DNA of 62,992 nucleotides from a virus (lineage: Duplodnaviria > Caudoviricetes). The position numbers and the translations under genes are program-made. The DNA is taken from the IMG/VR virus record IMGVR_UViG_3300017700_000894, positions 1 through 62,992 of that record. The stretch is one strand, 5' to 3'. The first letter of the stretch is position 1. Each line of letters begins with the position of its first letter. Under the pieces are notes generated by a model. That model was not told the origin of the DNA and made no database searches. It saw only the letters and a program-made list of their open reading frames with translations. This document shows, one piece after another, positions 27,508-36,762 of this stretch.

Positions 27508-27776
27508 AATCGGGCAGCATGCAGCACCCCGTCCCCAGTGACAAGGCGAAGGCGCGGGTGCCGCGGTTCTTCGCGCAAGGCTGCCGCCTGGTCAGCGGTC
27601 AGAAGGAAGTGCGGCACGATGTGCCCCCCCTGCCATAACCATGCCCCCAGGCCGATCCTCGCGCCAAATTGGATCAGGCCGGTGATGGCATCCGGCAGCG
27701 CGAAAAGCTGGGCGGCGTCGCCGTGTTGCCAGTCGGTCGCGTCGTCCCAGTAAATGGTCGGGCCAAGGTAAATCAA
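27450..27776 (-). CDS. Hypothetical protein (DUF4031-like?)
   Basis: TTG start overlaps the upstream stop; IYWDD...FGARIGL...WQ...PHF. Confidence 0.5.
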   Translation of the reverse strand: MIYLGPTIYWDDATDWQHGDAAQLFALPDAITGLIQFGARIGLGAWLWQGGHIVPHFLLTADQAAALREEPRHPRLRLVTGDGVLHAARLWRLHRSTEPLKKPPRNRK

Positions 27777-28666
27777 ACCACCCCCTGAATCGTCGGGTTG
27801 CTGCTCGGCACTTTTGGGAAGCCCCCGAAGTTCGCGAGGTTGGCGAAAAGGGCGCAATCTTCGATTGTGTGGCGGCATCCGTGATAGGCGGTTAAGGTGT
27901 CCGCGGCGGCAAGGTCAGGGTGCCACGTCAGCAGTTTCAGCTTCGTGTCGCTCCCTTCGTATGCCGACCACGCAATGGTGAAGAAAAGCCCCGTGGCGTC
28001 GTGGAAAAGGTGGCCCGCCTGAAATCGATTCGCCGGCACCCCGCTGGCCTGCCCGGTCACGATGATTTCCCGCTGGGCCGGATTCACCGAAACGATGGTG
28101 GTGGCCCAGTCGAAGTTCGTCTTGTCCAGCCCGCACCCTTCCCCATAAAGCGGGTGGTTGCATTGCCGCTCAAAATAGAACCTGGGCACCGCCCGGTCAG
28201 TGTGGAAGGCTTCCGGGGTGATCGTGCAGGCGATTTCCACCCCCTGAAATGCGAAGTTCGAAAGCTTCCCGCCTTCGACGACATAGCAGTGCTGATCCCA
28301 GTCGAGTTCCAGCGTGTCGGTCAGGCGCGTGCCCAGAATGCGAATGATCCAGGCGGCCAGTCGAACGGGGGCGGATGTCGTGAAGAACCGCCGAAGTTCT
28401 TCGTTGTTCGTCGGCAGCATCAGCGTGGTGCTTCGCGCTTCGAATTTGTCCCCGGTCACGATTGCCCCGTGCTTCAGCTGGGAAGCGGTGAAAACCTGGG
28501 GTTCGTCGGCGGCGTAGCGGGCCGGCACGTTTGAAATCGTCACGTCCTGGTCCCACCCGACAAGGAAGAGTTTCGTGCCGCCGGGCACTTCGATGATGTA
28601 CGCATAAGTTGCCGCAAGGTGCGGGCTTTGCTCTTCACCAAGGGCTGGGATTGGAATATCAGGCAT
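27773..28666 (-). CDS. Baseplate hub / DUF2163-BR0599 (GTA-like) protein
   Basis: CNHPLYGEGCGL, GCRHTIEDC...FANLANFGGFP. Confidence 0.85.
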   Translation of the reverse strand: MPDIPIPALGEEQSPHLAATYAYIIEVPGGTKLFLVGWDQDVTISNVPARYAADEPQVFTASQLKHGAIVTGDKFEARSTTLMLPTNNEELRRFFTTSAPVRLAAWIIRILGTRLTDTLELDWDQHCYVVEGGKLSNFAFQGVEIACTITPEAFHTDRAVPRFYFERQCNHPLYGEGCGLDKTNFDWATTIVSVNPAQREIIVTGQASGVPANRFQAGHLFHDATGLFFTIAWSAYEGSDTKLKLLTWHPDLAAADTLTAYHGCRHTIEDCALFANLANFGGFPKVPSSNPTIQGVV

Positions 28667-28796
28667 CGGAAGTCAGCACCCTGTAAACCGCCCACGCCAG
28701 CACCGCAAGGGCCAGCAGCAGGGTCACCAGCGCCCCCAGGCACGCCACCCCGGCACCGAATCCGCTGGAATCGGTCGGCAATTCCCCGTGCCCCAT
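28659..28796 (-). CDS. 45-aa TM protein
   Basis: MGHGELP...ACLGALVTLLLALAVLAWAVYRV. Confidence 0.45.
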   Translation of the reverse strand: MGHGELPTDSSGFGAGVACLGALVTLLLALAVLAWAVYRVLTSDA

Positions 28797-28810
28797 TTGC
28801 TGGTCGTTCA

Positions 28811-30685
28811 TCAGTTCGGGATGGTGGTCAGGTCGCGCCCCCAGCTGCGGCGCAGGGTCAGGGTCAGTTTGTACGTGTTTTTCTTCCGCTGGGGTTCTTC
28901 GAAAAGGAAGTACCCCTGCACCCCCACATACCCCGAAGGGGAATAACCAGTGCCCCGGCCGAAGAAGAAGGTTTTGATGTCGGTGCGATTGATCTCCCCC
29001 GCGGTGAAGGCAAAAATGGTGTCCCGGTAAAAGGTGCCGTTCGTGTAGGCTTCCTGGGCGTTGTGCTTCTTCGTGGCCGCCCCGATCCAGTCGGTGACCG
29101 CCGGGCTTTGCGTCGTGCCGGCTTCATTGATCGCCACCATGAAGCTTGCCGATTTGCGCCCATAGAATTGCGGGAAGTCGTTTGCCAACACTGCCGGTTC
29201 AGAAGCAGGCACGAAGCAGGTCACATCCGTGGCGGCTCGCCCGTCGTGCATCCCGTCCCACATGACAGAATTCGAATTCGCGTTGAAACCGCTGCCGCAA
29301 CACGCGTCATATTCGGTGGCGGTGATGTTCCCAGTTCCCCCGGCGGCCGCGATGGCGGAAAGCCCGAAGTTCGTTGCAATCCATTTCCGCTTCACATTGT
29401 TGAAGGCGGTGCCGTCGTCGCCGGCCGCGGCAATGCTGGTGGCGTTCGTGATTCGAACCACGGCGGCGCTGGGGATGCTGGCAATGGTGTAGTCGGTCCC
29501 ATCGTACCAAGTGCCCGGCTCAGTTTGCCGCACGTTGCCGAAGACGGTTCCCGGGCCAGGGTTCAGCACGCTGGTCACCACGATGTCGTCGCCGGCCACG
29601 CTGGCCACCGTGAAGGTGCCGTTGTACCCGCTAGGCGTCATGCCTTCCACCGTGATCGATTGCCCCCCCGTGATCGAATGCCCGGGGGCGGTCAGCGTGA
29701 AATCCGAAACCGTGCTGGCGGCAACCGTGATGTCGGTGCGTGGGCGCTTCGCCCCGCTGATATTGATTTTTCCGCCGGCAAGGAAGTGGTGCGTTTCGTT
29801 CAGCGTGACATCCCAGTAAGTGCCGTTTGAAACAATGGAAACGATGTTATAGGGCAAAGGCCACCCGGTGATCCCACCGTCAACCGTGGTCTGGGTCGCC
29901 ACCGCATGCCCGGCCACGCTCACCGTCAGTTCGTACTTCAAACGAAGCAGTTGCCCGATCCCCACCGTGACCGCCCCGGAAAGAAGCATCCGGCTGAAAA
30001 GGTTGCTGGCCACCGTGGCGGAAGACGACATCCCCACTTCGGTGTAATTCACGCTCCCCACTTCTTCGGTGAAATCCTTCGTGGTGCGGAAGGTCATCGT
30101 GCCGGCGGTCGCATCGAAGCGCGTGTGCTGGCTGGCAAACCCGTCGTCGTCGTCGATGAAGGTCGGTTCGTTCGTGCTTCGCTTCGTTTCCGTGGTCAGG
30201 CCGGTTTGCGCCACCCGGTAAAGCGCATCGATCGCCCCGCTGGCCACCGTCTGGCTGGTGCCCACCGTCACGCTGGTGGTTCCGATGAATGCCGTCACAT
30301 AGGCTTCTTCTCCACTGGCGAATCGAATCAGCTTGCCCACGTCCCCGCTGATAAAGTCCCGGGTGCCGCTGTCCCGGGTCACCGTCGTGCCGCTTTGGCT
30401 GAAAAGGTCGCCTGGGTCGGGCAGGTCTTTCGTCGGCGTGTTGCCGGTGCCGGCCACCCCATAGGCCAGCTGGGAAGCCCAGGCTTCGGTCGCGATTCTG
30501 TCCAGGCCGGAATCCAGGATCAGGTTTGATTGCCACGGGCGGGATTCCACCACCTTGCCGGTCTTCGCGTCCACCACCTGCACTTGGAACCGCCCGCTGG
30601 CGGTTTCCCGGATGCCCAGGGTTTCGGCAAGATTAGGCTGGTTCGTAAACGCCGGAAAGGCTGGTTGAAGTGTTGGCTTGTTCAT
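28811..30685 (-). CDS. Minor tail protein
   Basis: NLILDSGLD...GTGNTP, FSRMLL; Thr/Gly-rich; tail position. Confidence 0.75.
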   Translation of the reverse strand: MNKPTLQPAFPAFTNQPNLAETLGIRETASGRFQVQVVDAKTGKVVESRPWQSNLILDSGLDRIATEAWASQLAYGVAGTGNTPTKDLPDPGDLFSQSGTTVTRDSGTRDFISGDVGKLIRFASGEEAYVTAFIGTTSVTVGTSQTVASGAIDALYRVAQTGLTTETKRSTNEPTFIDDDDGFASQHTRFDATAGTMTFRTTKDFTEEVGSVNYTEVGMSSSATVASNLFSRMLLSGAVTVGIGQLLRLKYELTVSVAGHAVATQTTVDGGITGWPLPYNIVSIVSNGTYWDVTLNETHHFLAGGKINISGAKRPRTDITVAASTVSDFTLTAPGHSITGGQSITVEGMTPSGYNGTFTVASVAGDDIVVTSVLNPGPGTVFGNVRQTEPGTWYDGTDYTIASIPSAAVVRITNATSIAAAGDDGTAFNNVKRKWIATNFGLSAIAAAGGTGNITATEYDACCGSGFNANSNSVMWDGMHDGRAATDVTCFVPASEPAVLANDFPQFYGRKSASFMVAINEAGTTQSPAVTDWIGAATKKHNAQEAYTNGTFYRDTIFAFTAGEINRTDIKTFFFGRGTGYSPSGYVGVQGYFLFEEPQRKKNTYKLTLTLRRSWGRDLTTIPN

Positions 30686-32402
30686 CGGAGACGGGTGGAA
30701 AGATGACGTTCAGGGCATAAACCGCAGTGATCGAAACCGTAGCCACCCGCGCGACTTCTGCCAAGTCGTCTTCTCCTTCGATCACGTTCAGCGCATAGAC
30801 ACCGGAAACGCTCGCCGTGGCGTCCCCGAAGTCGGCAAACGCCGGGTGGGGGCCCAGGTCGGTGTCGGCCCCGTCGGCATAAAGCACCATCGCGACGTAA
30901 TCGCCCAGCAGTGCCCCGTCCACGCTGCCGGCGTCGGCAAAGGCGGGGTGCGGGTCGAATTCCCCGCCCCCATCCGCCCACATCACCGCATAAGCATAAT
31001 CGCCGCTTAGGCTGGCATCCACGCTGGCGTCGTCGGATTCGGAAATCAGTACGTAAGGCGGGATCGGCGGCGGCGGCGGGTCAGGGTAGGAAGCGGAAGA
31101 AACCACCACCACCCGCAGGCCGGAATCCACAAACTCCACCTTCAGCACCCCGGCGGTTTCCGCTTCGTTGTATTCGAAAAACGCACGCTTCAGCGCCACC
31201 GGCCGGCCGGGCAGCAGGGCGGCCACGTATTCGGTGCCGAAGTTGTCCCGCTGGAAACGCGCAAAAAGGATGTTCTCCCCGGGCTTCAAATAGTAGGCCA
31301 CCACGTCGGTGTCGCCGGTCGGCAGGTCGGCATCCAGCAGCCCGTTGAATTGCAGCAGGGGGTCGATCCCTTCCCAGGTCACCGTTTCCACCGCGGTGTT
31401 GAAGTATCGCCGGCATTCGATGGTGGTGGCGTTCAATTGATACGCGACAACTTCATAAGCGTTCTGATCGAAGGCCAGCGCGATGTGATCGGTTTCCACT
31501 TCTTCGTCGAACAAGATCGATGCCGTGCCGCCCGTCTGGGGCAGCCAAATCACTTCATTTGCCGGCGGCAATGCCTTGCGCAACCGCACCCCGTCGCTGG
31601 CAGGGAAGGCCGCCCAGGGCATCGAATAGGGATCATCCTGGGATGCCCGAAGGCTTTCCGGGCCGTTCGCATAGGCCACCCGGTTGGTCACCGGCAGGAT
31701 TTCCCCAGGGGCAGCTTCCGCCAGCACGAAGCCCAGTTGCCCATACTGATCTTCCTGCACAAGGTCCACGCTCAGTTCGTTCTGGTTCGCCTGCCGCATC
31801 CCGCGGAATCCAATTTCCACTTCAGCGAAGCGCAATCCCCAGTGCTTCCATTCCAGGCGGTCTTCGCTGAATCGCACAAGGTGCGCCCAGCCCACCCAGG
31901 TGTCGCCGTCCACATCGAAGGGCAGCGGGTTGTCCAGATCGATGATTTCCTGCCCGGCCGCCGATCCCGGCAGCACCCGCAGGATGCTGTCGACGTGCAC
32001 CACTTCCCCGTCCTTCCAGAAGAACAGTTGCCGCCCATAGTGATCGGCGTCGGTGTCGGTCAGGTGCGTGGCTTCGTAGTCTTCGCCGGCCGACACGATT
32101 TCGATCAGCTTCGTGCCGGCGGTCGCCGTCCCCACCGTGGTCAGGTCACGTTGCCAGCTGGGCAAGTAGAACGGATTGCACCGCCCGGCCCGCGCCCGGA
32201 AGAATTCCTTGAACGTCGTGATGTCCAGCGCGGCAGTGAAGGCGAAGCGGAAATCAAAAAGGTGGTCGGGTCGCCGCTGGGGGAAGAAGACGATTTGCCG
32301 GCTGGCACCCATGCCGGTGCGGTCGTGGGCGGTCGACGTTCCCCGGCGCGGGGCGCGGGAAAAGTCGGGCACCGTGGTCAGCGTCGGGAAAAAAAGGCTC
32401 AT
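30633..32402 (-). CDS. Minor tail protein
   Basis: FFRARAGR..PFYLPSW; LAFDQN; tail position. Confidence 0.72.
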   Translation of the reverse strand: MSLFFPTLTTVPDFSRAPRRGTSTAHDRTGMGASRQIVFFPQRRPDHLFDFRFAFTAALDITTFKEFFRARAGRCNPFYLPSWQRDLTTVGTATAGTKLIEIVSAGEDYEATHLTDTDADHYGRQLFFWKDGEVVHVDSILRVLPGSAAGQEIIDLDNPLPFDVDGDTWVGWAHLVRFSEDRLEWKHWGLRFAEVEIGFRGMRQANQNELSVDLVQEDQYGQLGFVLAEAAPGEILPVTNRVAYANGPESLRASQDDPYSMPWAAFPASDGVRLRKALPPANEVIWLPQTGGTASILFDEEVETDHIALAFDQNAYEVVAYQLNATTIECRRYFNTAVETVTWEGIDPLLQFNGLLDADLPTGDTDVVAYYLKPGENILFARFQRDNFGTEYVAALLPGRPVALKRAFFEYNEAETAGVLKVEFVDSGLRVVVVSSASYPDPPPPPIPPYVLISESDDASVDASLSGDYAYAVMWADGGGEFDPHPAFADAGSVDGALLGDYVAMVLYADGADTDLGPHPAFADFGDATASVSGVYALNVIEGEDDLAEVARVATVSITAVYALNVIFPPVSDEQANTSTSLSGVYEPA

Positions 32403-32968
32403 AGAGTGACGTAAGAAACCCGCTCTTCCACCGCGTCTTCAGAAGGGAAAACCATTTCAGCGTCCCCGTTTTCGCGGCTGCAAACGCGGCACGGCACGAT
32501 GCGCGAAAGGTTCGGGAAGGCAACCGCCCCGGTCAGCGCCACCAGATTCAATTCCTGGTCGGTCGATCCCATGCTGGCAATCTGCCGAAACTGGCTGGTC
32601 GTCCCGTCGATCAGCAACACGTAATCCCCAGGGGCAAACCAGTCGACGGTGCCGGCCCGGCTGATTGTGGCCACGTTGCCCACAAGGCTGGCCAGGATCG
32701 CTTCTTCCGTCCAGAAGGGCACCACCACCGCGGTCTGGGTTTCCGCGATGCTCCGCAGGCGGCGGGCGGCCGCGCTGGTCACGTCGTGAAAGATCGTGAA
32801 GGCAATCTGCCAGATTCCCCTGATTCGCCTTTGCTGCCGCTGTTCCAGCCCCGCCCGGCTGGTGGTCATGGCAGTCTGCATTGCCTGGGTCAGGTCCACC
32901 CCGGCTTCCCAGGCCGGTTCAGTGCTCGAAAAAAGCACTTCGGCGGTTTCTGTCGATGCGATTGCCAT
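32399..32968 (-). CDS. Distal tail protein-like
   Basis: Follows the tape measure; SRAGLEQR, VVPFW. Confidence 0.65.
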   Translation of the reverse strand: MAIASTETAEVLFSSTEPAWEAGVDLTQAMQTAMTTSRAGLEQRQQRRIRGIWQIAFTIFHDVTSAAARRLRSIAETQTAVVVPFWTEEAILASLVGNVATISRAGTVDWFAPGDYVLLIDGTTSQFRQIASMGSTDQELNLVALTGAVAFPNLSRIVPCRVCSRENGDAEMVFPSEDAVEERVSYVTL

Positions 32969-32972
32969 GGGG

Positions 32973-35942
32973 TCAGGATTGTTTCAGCATGGTGCGCAGC
33001 TGGGGAAGCTTCCGGCTGATCGCGTTCAGGATCAGATTCGGATCGCGCAAGATGGCTTCTTCGATTTGCTTCGGATCGGTCACGTTCAGGATGTTCACGG
33101 TTTGGCCACCGCCCGACTTCGCCGGGGCTTCCGCTGCCCGCAGGCGGTTTTTGATCGCCGCTTGCTGGTCTTCGGTCATCACCGTTTCCCCACGTTCCGC
33201 AATGATCGGCACTTCACCCGGGGCAAGGCCAGTCATGCCACCCTGGTGGAAGCGTTCGGCCCCGCGGAAAATGCTGGGGTCTGCACCCCGGCTTGGCCCG
33301 CCACCGCCCACCGTGCCGCCGTCGTGCTTCACGCCGGCCACCACCGCACCAGTGAAGCCACCCGTGCCGCTGATCAGCCCCATGGCTTGCTGAAGGGCGT
33401 ATTGAACCATCATTTGCGTGATAATCTTCAGGATGTCGTTCACGATCCCCTTCGCCATGTCGGCAAACGCCTGCTTGGCGCTCTTCGTGCCGTCGGCCAT
33501 TGCCACCAGTGCCCCGGTGATGTTCGTGCTGAAGCTTTGGGCAATGTTCGCGTTCGCCTGGTCGATGTTCTTGGCGAGGTCGCCCCATTGTTTCATCAGC
33601 TGGCCCACCGCGCTTTCCTGCTCCTTGGCCGATTTCTTCGCCGCCTTCGCCATGCTGTCCACGGCGTTTTCGTAATCGTCCTTCGCCTTCGCAATGCCGC
33701 GGGTCATCGTCTCCGCGCTGATTCGGCCGGCTTTGTGCAGTTCTTCCAGTTGCTTCACCGTGTCGGCCATTTCCTCCGACGGCGTGCGCAGGCTGGAAGT
33801 GATGCTGGCCGCCTCAGACTGGGCGCGTTTTTCCGCGGCCGATGCGTCGCTTGCCGCCTTCTTCGTGGCGCGTTCTGCATCTTCCTTGGCTTGCTGCTTG
33901 CCGGTGCCGGTCATTTCATCCCATGCACTGCTTTTGTCGGTCGGCTGCACGTAGGTCTTGCTGGCGTCCGATGCTTCCCGGGCTGCCTCTCGTTCGGTCT
34001 TCAGTTTGTCCAGGCGGGCGTTCAGGTCGTCGGTGGCGCTGGGCGTTTCCATCGAAGGGAAAAGCGCGTCACTTGGTCCATCGGGTGGCAGCATGATGCC
34101 GGGGGATGAACCGCCCTTCTTCGCGCCAAACATCGATTCGGTGATGCTCTTCGTGAGTTCCCGCGTTGCCTTCGTGTTGTCTTCGAAGGGTGCCAGCAGG
34201 TCGGCACCCATTGCCCCGTCGGCAGGGTATGCACCGCCACCGTCGGCAGTGAAGGGCAGTTCTGGGCCACTGCCAGCCCCGCGGAAATCAGAACCATCCC
34301 CGCCCAGCGCGAGGTCGCCCACGAATTGGTTCGCTTGGTCGGTCGTGGAAACCACCCCGGGAAGGTTCGGGGATCGCCAGTTTTCCACCGTCGCGCGCGC
34401 GCTGTCGAGCATGCCACCATACATTTGCCCGGCTTTGTCCACCCGGCCGCCTAGGTATTCGCCCACCTTCAGGTTCGCCCCGCCGGTCGCCTTCGTCATA
34501 ACGCTGGCGAATGCCCCACCCAGCTTTTCAAACTGGGCGGCAATCGCGTTCCAGATCGCGTTCCCCAGCGCGGTGCCGATGCGCGGGATGATGTCGGTTT
34601 CAAGGCTTTTCCAAATGTCGGCGTTTTTGATGTTCTCCACCTGGGCTTTCAGGTCCACCCCGAAGGTTTCATTGATCCACTTCAGGATTTTGGCCGACGA
34701 TGCCGCCCACCCGGCATTGATCGCCGCTTCCAGTTGTTCGCCGGCCGCCCGCATCACAAGATCGAAGCCCCCGGGCTGGGTCATCACCTTGAAGGTGGCA
34801 ACGATATTGTCGGCCAGTTCCATCAGTTGTGGCTTCATTTCTTCAGCCTTTGCCGCCAGCTTTGTGAAGGCGTCGGTGATGTCAATCACCACGTCCTTTG
34901 CCGCCGGCAGGATCGCTTCCCCTAGGGTGCGGGTGAATTTACCCCAGGCGTCCGACATCGTGCTGCTTCGGCCTTCGAAGTCCTTCGAAAGGTTTTCCAT
35001 CATGCCGTCCATCGTCCGCAGGCTTTCGATCACCGGGGCGAATGCTTCCCGTAGGGTGCCGCCGGAATCCGCGATTTCCTTCACCTTGGCGGCCACGTCG
35101 CCACCGATGCCCCCGGCACCGGCCAGGGCTTTCAGCGGTTCCAGCCATTCGCCACCGTTTTTGATGCCGGAGAAAACCCGCCCGATGCGTTCGGCAAAGT
35201 CGTCATATTTCAGCCCCGACTTCGCCGCGGCGTTGCCCACCATCTTCATGGCTTCTTCATTGGACCAAAGGCCTTCGGTCAGGGATTCCAGGCTGATCGA
35301 TGCCCGCACGATTTCCGGCAGTTCGAAGGGGGTGGTGTCGGCAAACTTGGAAAGCGACTTCATGCGCTCTTCCGCCTTCTCCATGCTCCCCAGCATGCCG
35401 GCAAAGCGCGTGGTCATCGATTCGAATTCTGCCGCCTGCCCCAGTCCTTCCTTGAAGGTGGTCCAGGCAAAGCCCACCGCCTTCACGGCAACGATGATCG
35501 GCGCAAGGATCGCCAGCACCCCGCCCAGCACCACGGTCAGCGTGCCCAGCACCGCCACCGCGCTCCCGACCGCCACCGCCATGCCACGAAAGCCGTTGCC
35601 AGCCGCAGCGCTGCCGGCGGCCACACTGCGCAGGCTGGACGCCATGCCGCCCACCATCGCGCTGAAGCCCCGCAGGGTTTGAAGCAGGAAGCCCAGCTTT
35701 GGGCTGATCATCCCGACCGAATTCGCCATGCCGTCGAACGCGCTGCGCATCGTGCTGGCGGCATTCCGGGCAGCCCCGGCCATTTGCCCGAAGCTTTGCC
35801 CCGACTTCTTCGATTCCCTTTCAATCGTCCCGCCTTCCCGGCGCACCGCGTCTTCGATGCGCTTCAGCGCGGCAATCACGGCGCTTTCGCCGTCGGTGAA
35901 TGGTTTGGGGTCAAGTGCTAGACCCACGCGTGCGATGTCCAT
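32973..35942 (-). CDS. Tape measure protein
   Basis: Ala/Gly-rich 989 aa, FADTTPFEL, FHQGG...GEVPIIAERGE. Confidence 0.92.
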   Translation of the reverse strand: MDIARVGLALDPKPFTDGESAVIAALKRIEDAVRREGGTIERESKKSGQSFGQMAGAARNAASTMRSAFDGMANSVGMISPKLGFLLQTLRGFSAMVGGMASSLRSVAAGSAAAGNGFRGMAVAVGSAVAVLGTLTVVLGGVLAILAPIIVAVKAVGFAWTTFKEGLGQAAEFESMTTRFAGMLGSMEKAEERMKSLSKFADTTPFELPEIVRASISLESLTEGLWSNEEAMKMVGNAAAKSGLKYDDFAERIGRVFSGIKNGGEWLEPLKALAGAGGIGGDVAAKVKEIADSGGTLREAFAPVIESLRTMDGMMENLSKDFEGRSSTMSDAWGKFTRTLGEAILPAAKDVVIDITDAFTKLAAKAEEMKPQLMELADNIVATFKVMTQPGGFDLVMRAAGEQLEAAINAGWAASSAKILKWINETFGVDLKAQVENIKNADIWKSLETDIIPRIGTALGNAIWNAIAAQFEKLGGAFASVMTKATGGANLKVGEYLGGRVDKAGQMYGGMLDSARATVENWRSPNLPGVVSTTDQANQFVGDLALGGDGSDFRGAGSGPELPFTADGGGAYPADGAMGADLLAPFEDNTKATRELTKSITESMFGAKKGGSSPGIMLPPDGPSDALFPSMETPSATDDLNARLDKLKTEREAAREASDASKTYVQPTDKSSAWDEMTGTGKQQAKEDAERATKKAASDASAAEKRAQSEAASITSSLRTPSEEMADTVKQLEELHKAGRISAETMTRGIAKAKDDYENAVDSMAKAAKKSAKEQESAVGQLMKQWGDLAKNIDQANANIAQSFSTNITGALVAMADGTKSAKQAFADMAKGIVNDILKIITQMMVQYALQQAMGLISGTGGFTGAVVAGVKHDGGTVGGGGPSRGADPSIFRGAERFHQGGMTGLAPGEVPIIAERGETVMTEDQQAAIKNRLRAAEAPAKSGGGQTVNILNVTDPKQIEEAILRDPNLILNAISRKLPQLRTMLKQS

Positions 35943-36243
35943 TGTTTTCGATGGTTTTGGCTACCGCTTCCAAATAAGCACGGTCGCACCATCTCACAAC
36001 GCGCAAAAACCAGTCGGCAGGCAATCCGGTGTGCTCTGCCATGGCCAGGATGTCCACCGTGGAAATCCCCCCTGGTCCCATCCCCATTTGCCGCCCCGGG
36101 GAAAGCAGCCAATACGCTTCGAACGCAATCAGCTGAAGGGGCGTTAAATCGGGCTTGCTGTCGAAGGCGGCCACGTCGGTTCCGTCGGCCACCAGTTCAA
36201 GCAAGTATTCTTCTTCATCCCCCCACTTCATCGTCCACGCCAC
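35911..36243 (-). CDS. Tail assembly chaperone, downstream (gpGT-like) segment
   Basis: AYWLLSPGRQMGMG; sits between the chaperone and tape measure and overlaps both. Confidence 0.7.
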   Translation of the reverse strand: MAWTMKWGDEEEYLLELVADGTDVAAFDSKPDLTPLQLIAFEAYWLLSPGRQMGMGPGGISTVDILAMAEHTGLPADWFLRVVRWCDRAYLEAVAKTIENNGHRTRGSST

Positions 36244-36640
36244 CGCCGCTTTTCAAAGTCGCGGCATCCTCTGCCGTTGCCCCCGCTTGGTAGTTGCGCA
36301 GGTCGCGGGATTGCGTGGCAATCCATTCGCGGAAAGTGTCGATCTTCAGCAGCTTGGCCTTGTTCTCCGGGGTGCAGGGAAACGGCTTGCCGTTGTCTTC
36401 CAGGCCGCGCCAGTCGATGATCACCGCTTCCGCAATCACTTCGGTGGTCATCTTGTGCAGCAGGCTTTCGTCGGCCTGAATGCGGTGGGCAGGGTAGCGT
36501 TTGCCGATGCGGGCGGATGCGGCAGCGAAGGCCTTGCCGTTGCCATAGGCCAGCTTGAAGGCAACCCCTTCGTCCTTATCGAAGTCGATCCACACCCCGG
36601 TTGCCTTGTCGTCGTCAATCGTGAAATCAGTGATGTTCAT
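36215..36640 (-). CDS. Tail assembly chaperone
   Basis: GVWID...IIDWRGL..NGKPFP.TPEN. Confidence 0.8.
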   Translation of the reverse strand: MNITDFTIDDDKATGVWIDFDKDEGVAFKLAYGNGKAFAAASARIGKRYPAHRIQADESLLHKMTTEVIAEAVIIDWRGLEDNGKPFPCTPENKAKLLKIDTFREWIATQSRDLRNYQAGATAEDAATLKSGGGVDDEVGG

Positions 36641-36681
36641 GGTGGGCGGTTTGTATCAGCGCACCGGGCCGGTGGCAAATG

Positions 36682-36714
36682 AAAAGGCCGGCCCAGGTTT
36701 CCCCAGGCCGGCCC
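36682..36714 (-). terminator. Intrinsic terminator after the tail tube gene
   Basis: GGCCGGCC stem followed by TTTT on the minus strand. Confidence 0.7.
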
Positions 36715-36762
36715 CCCATTCATGTTCCCCCTGCTCTGCCGGTTTCTCAGGCCGGCAAGGTC

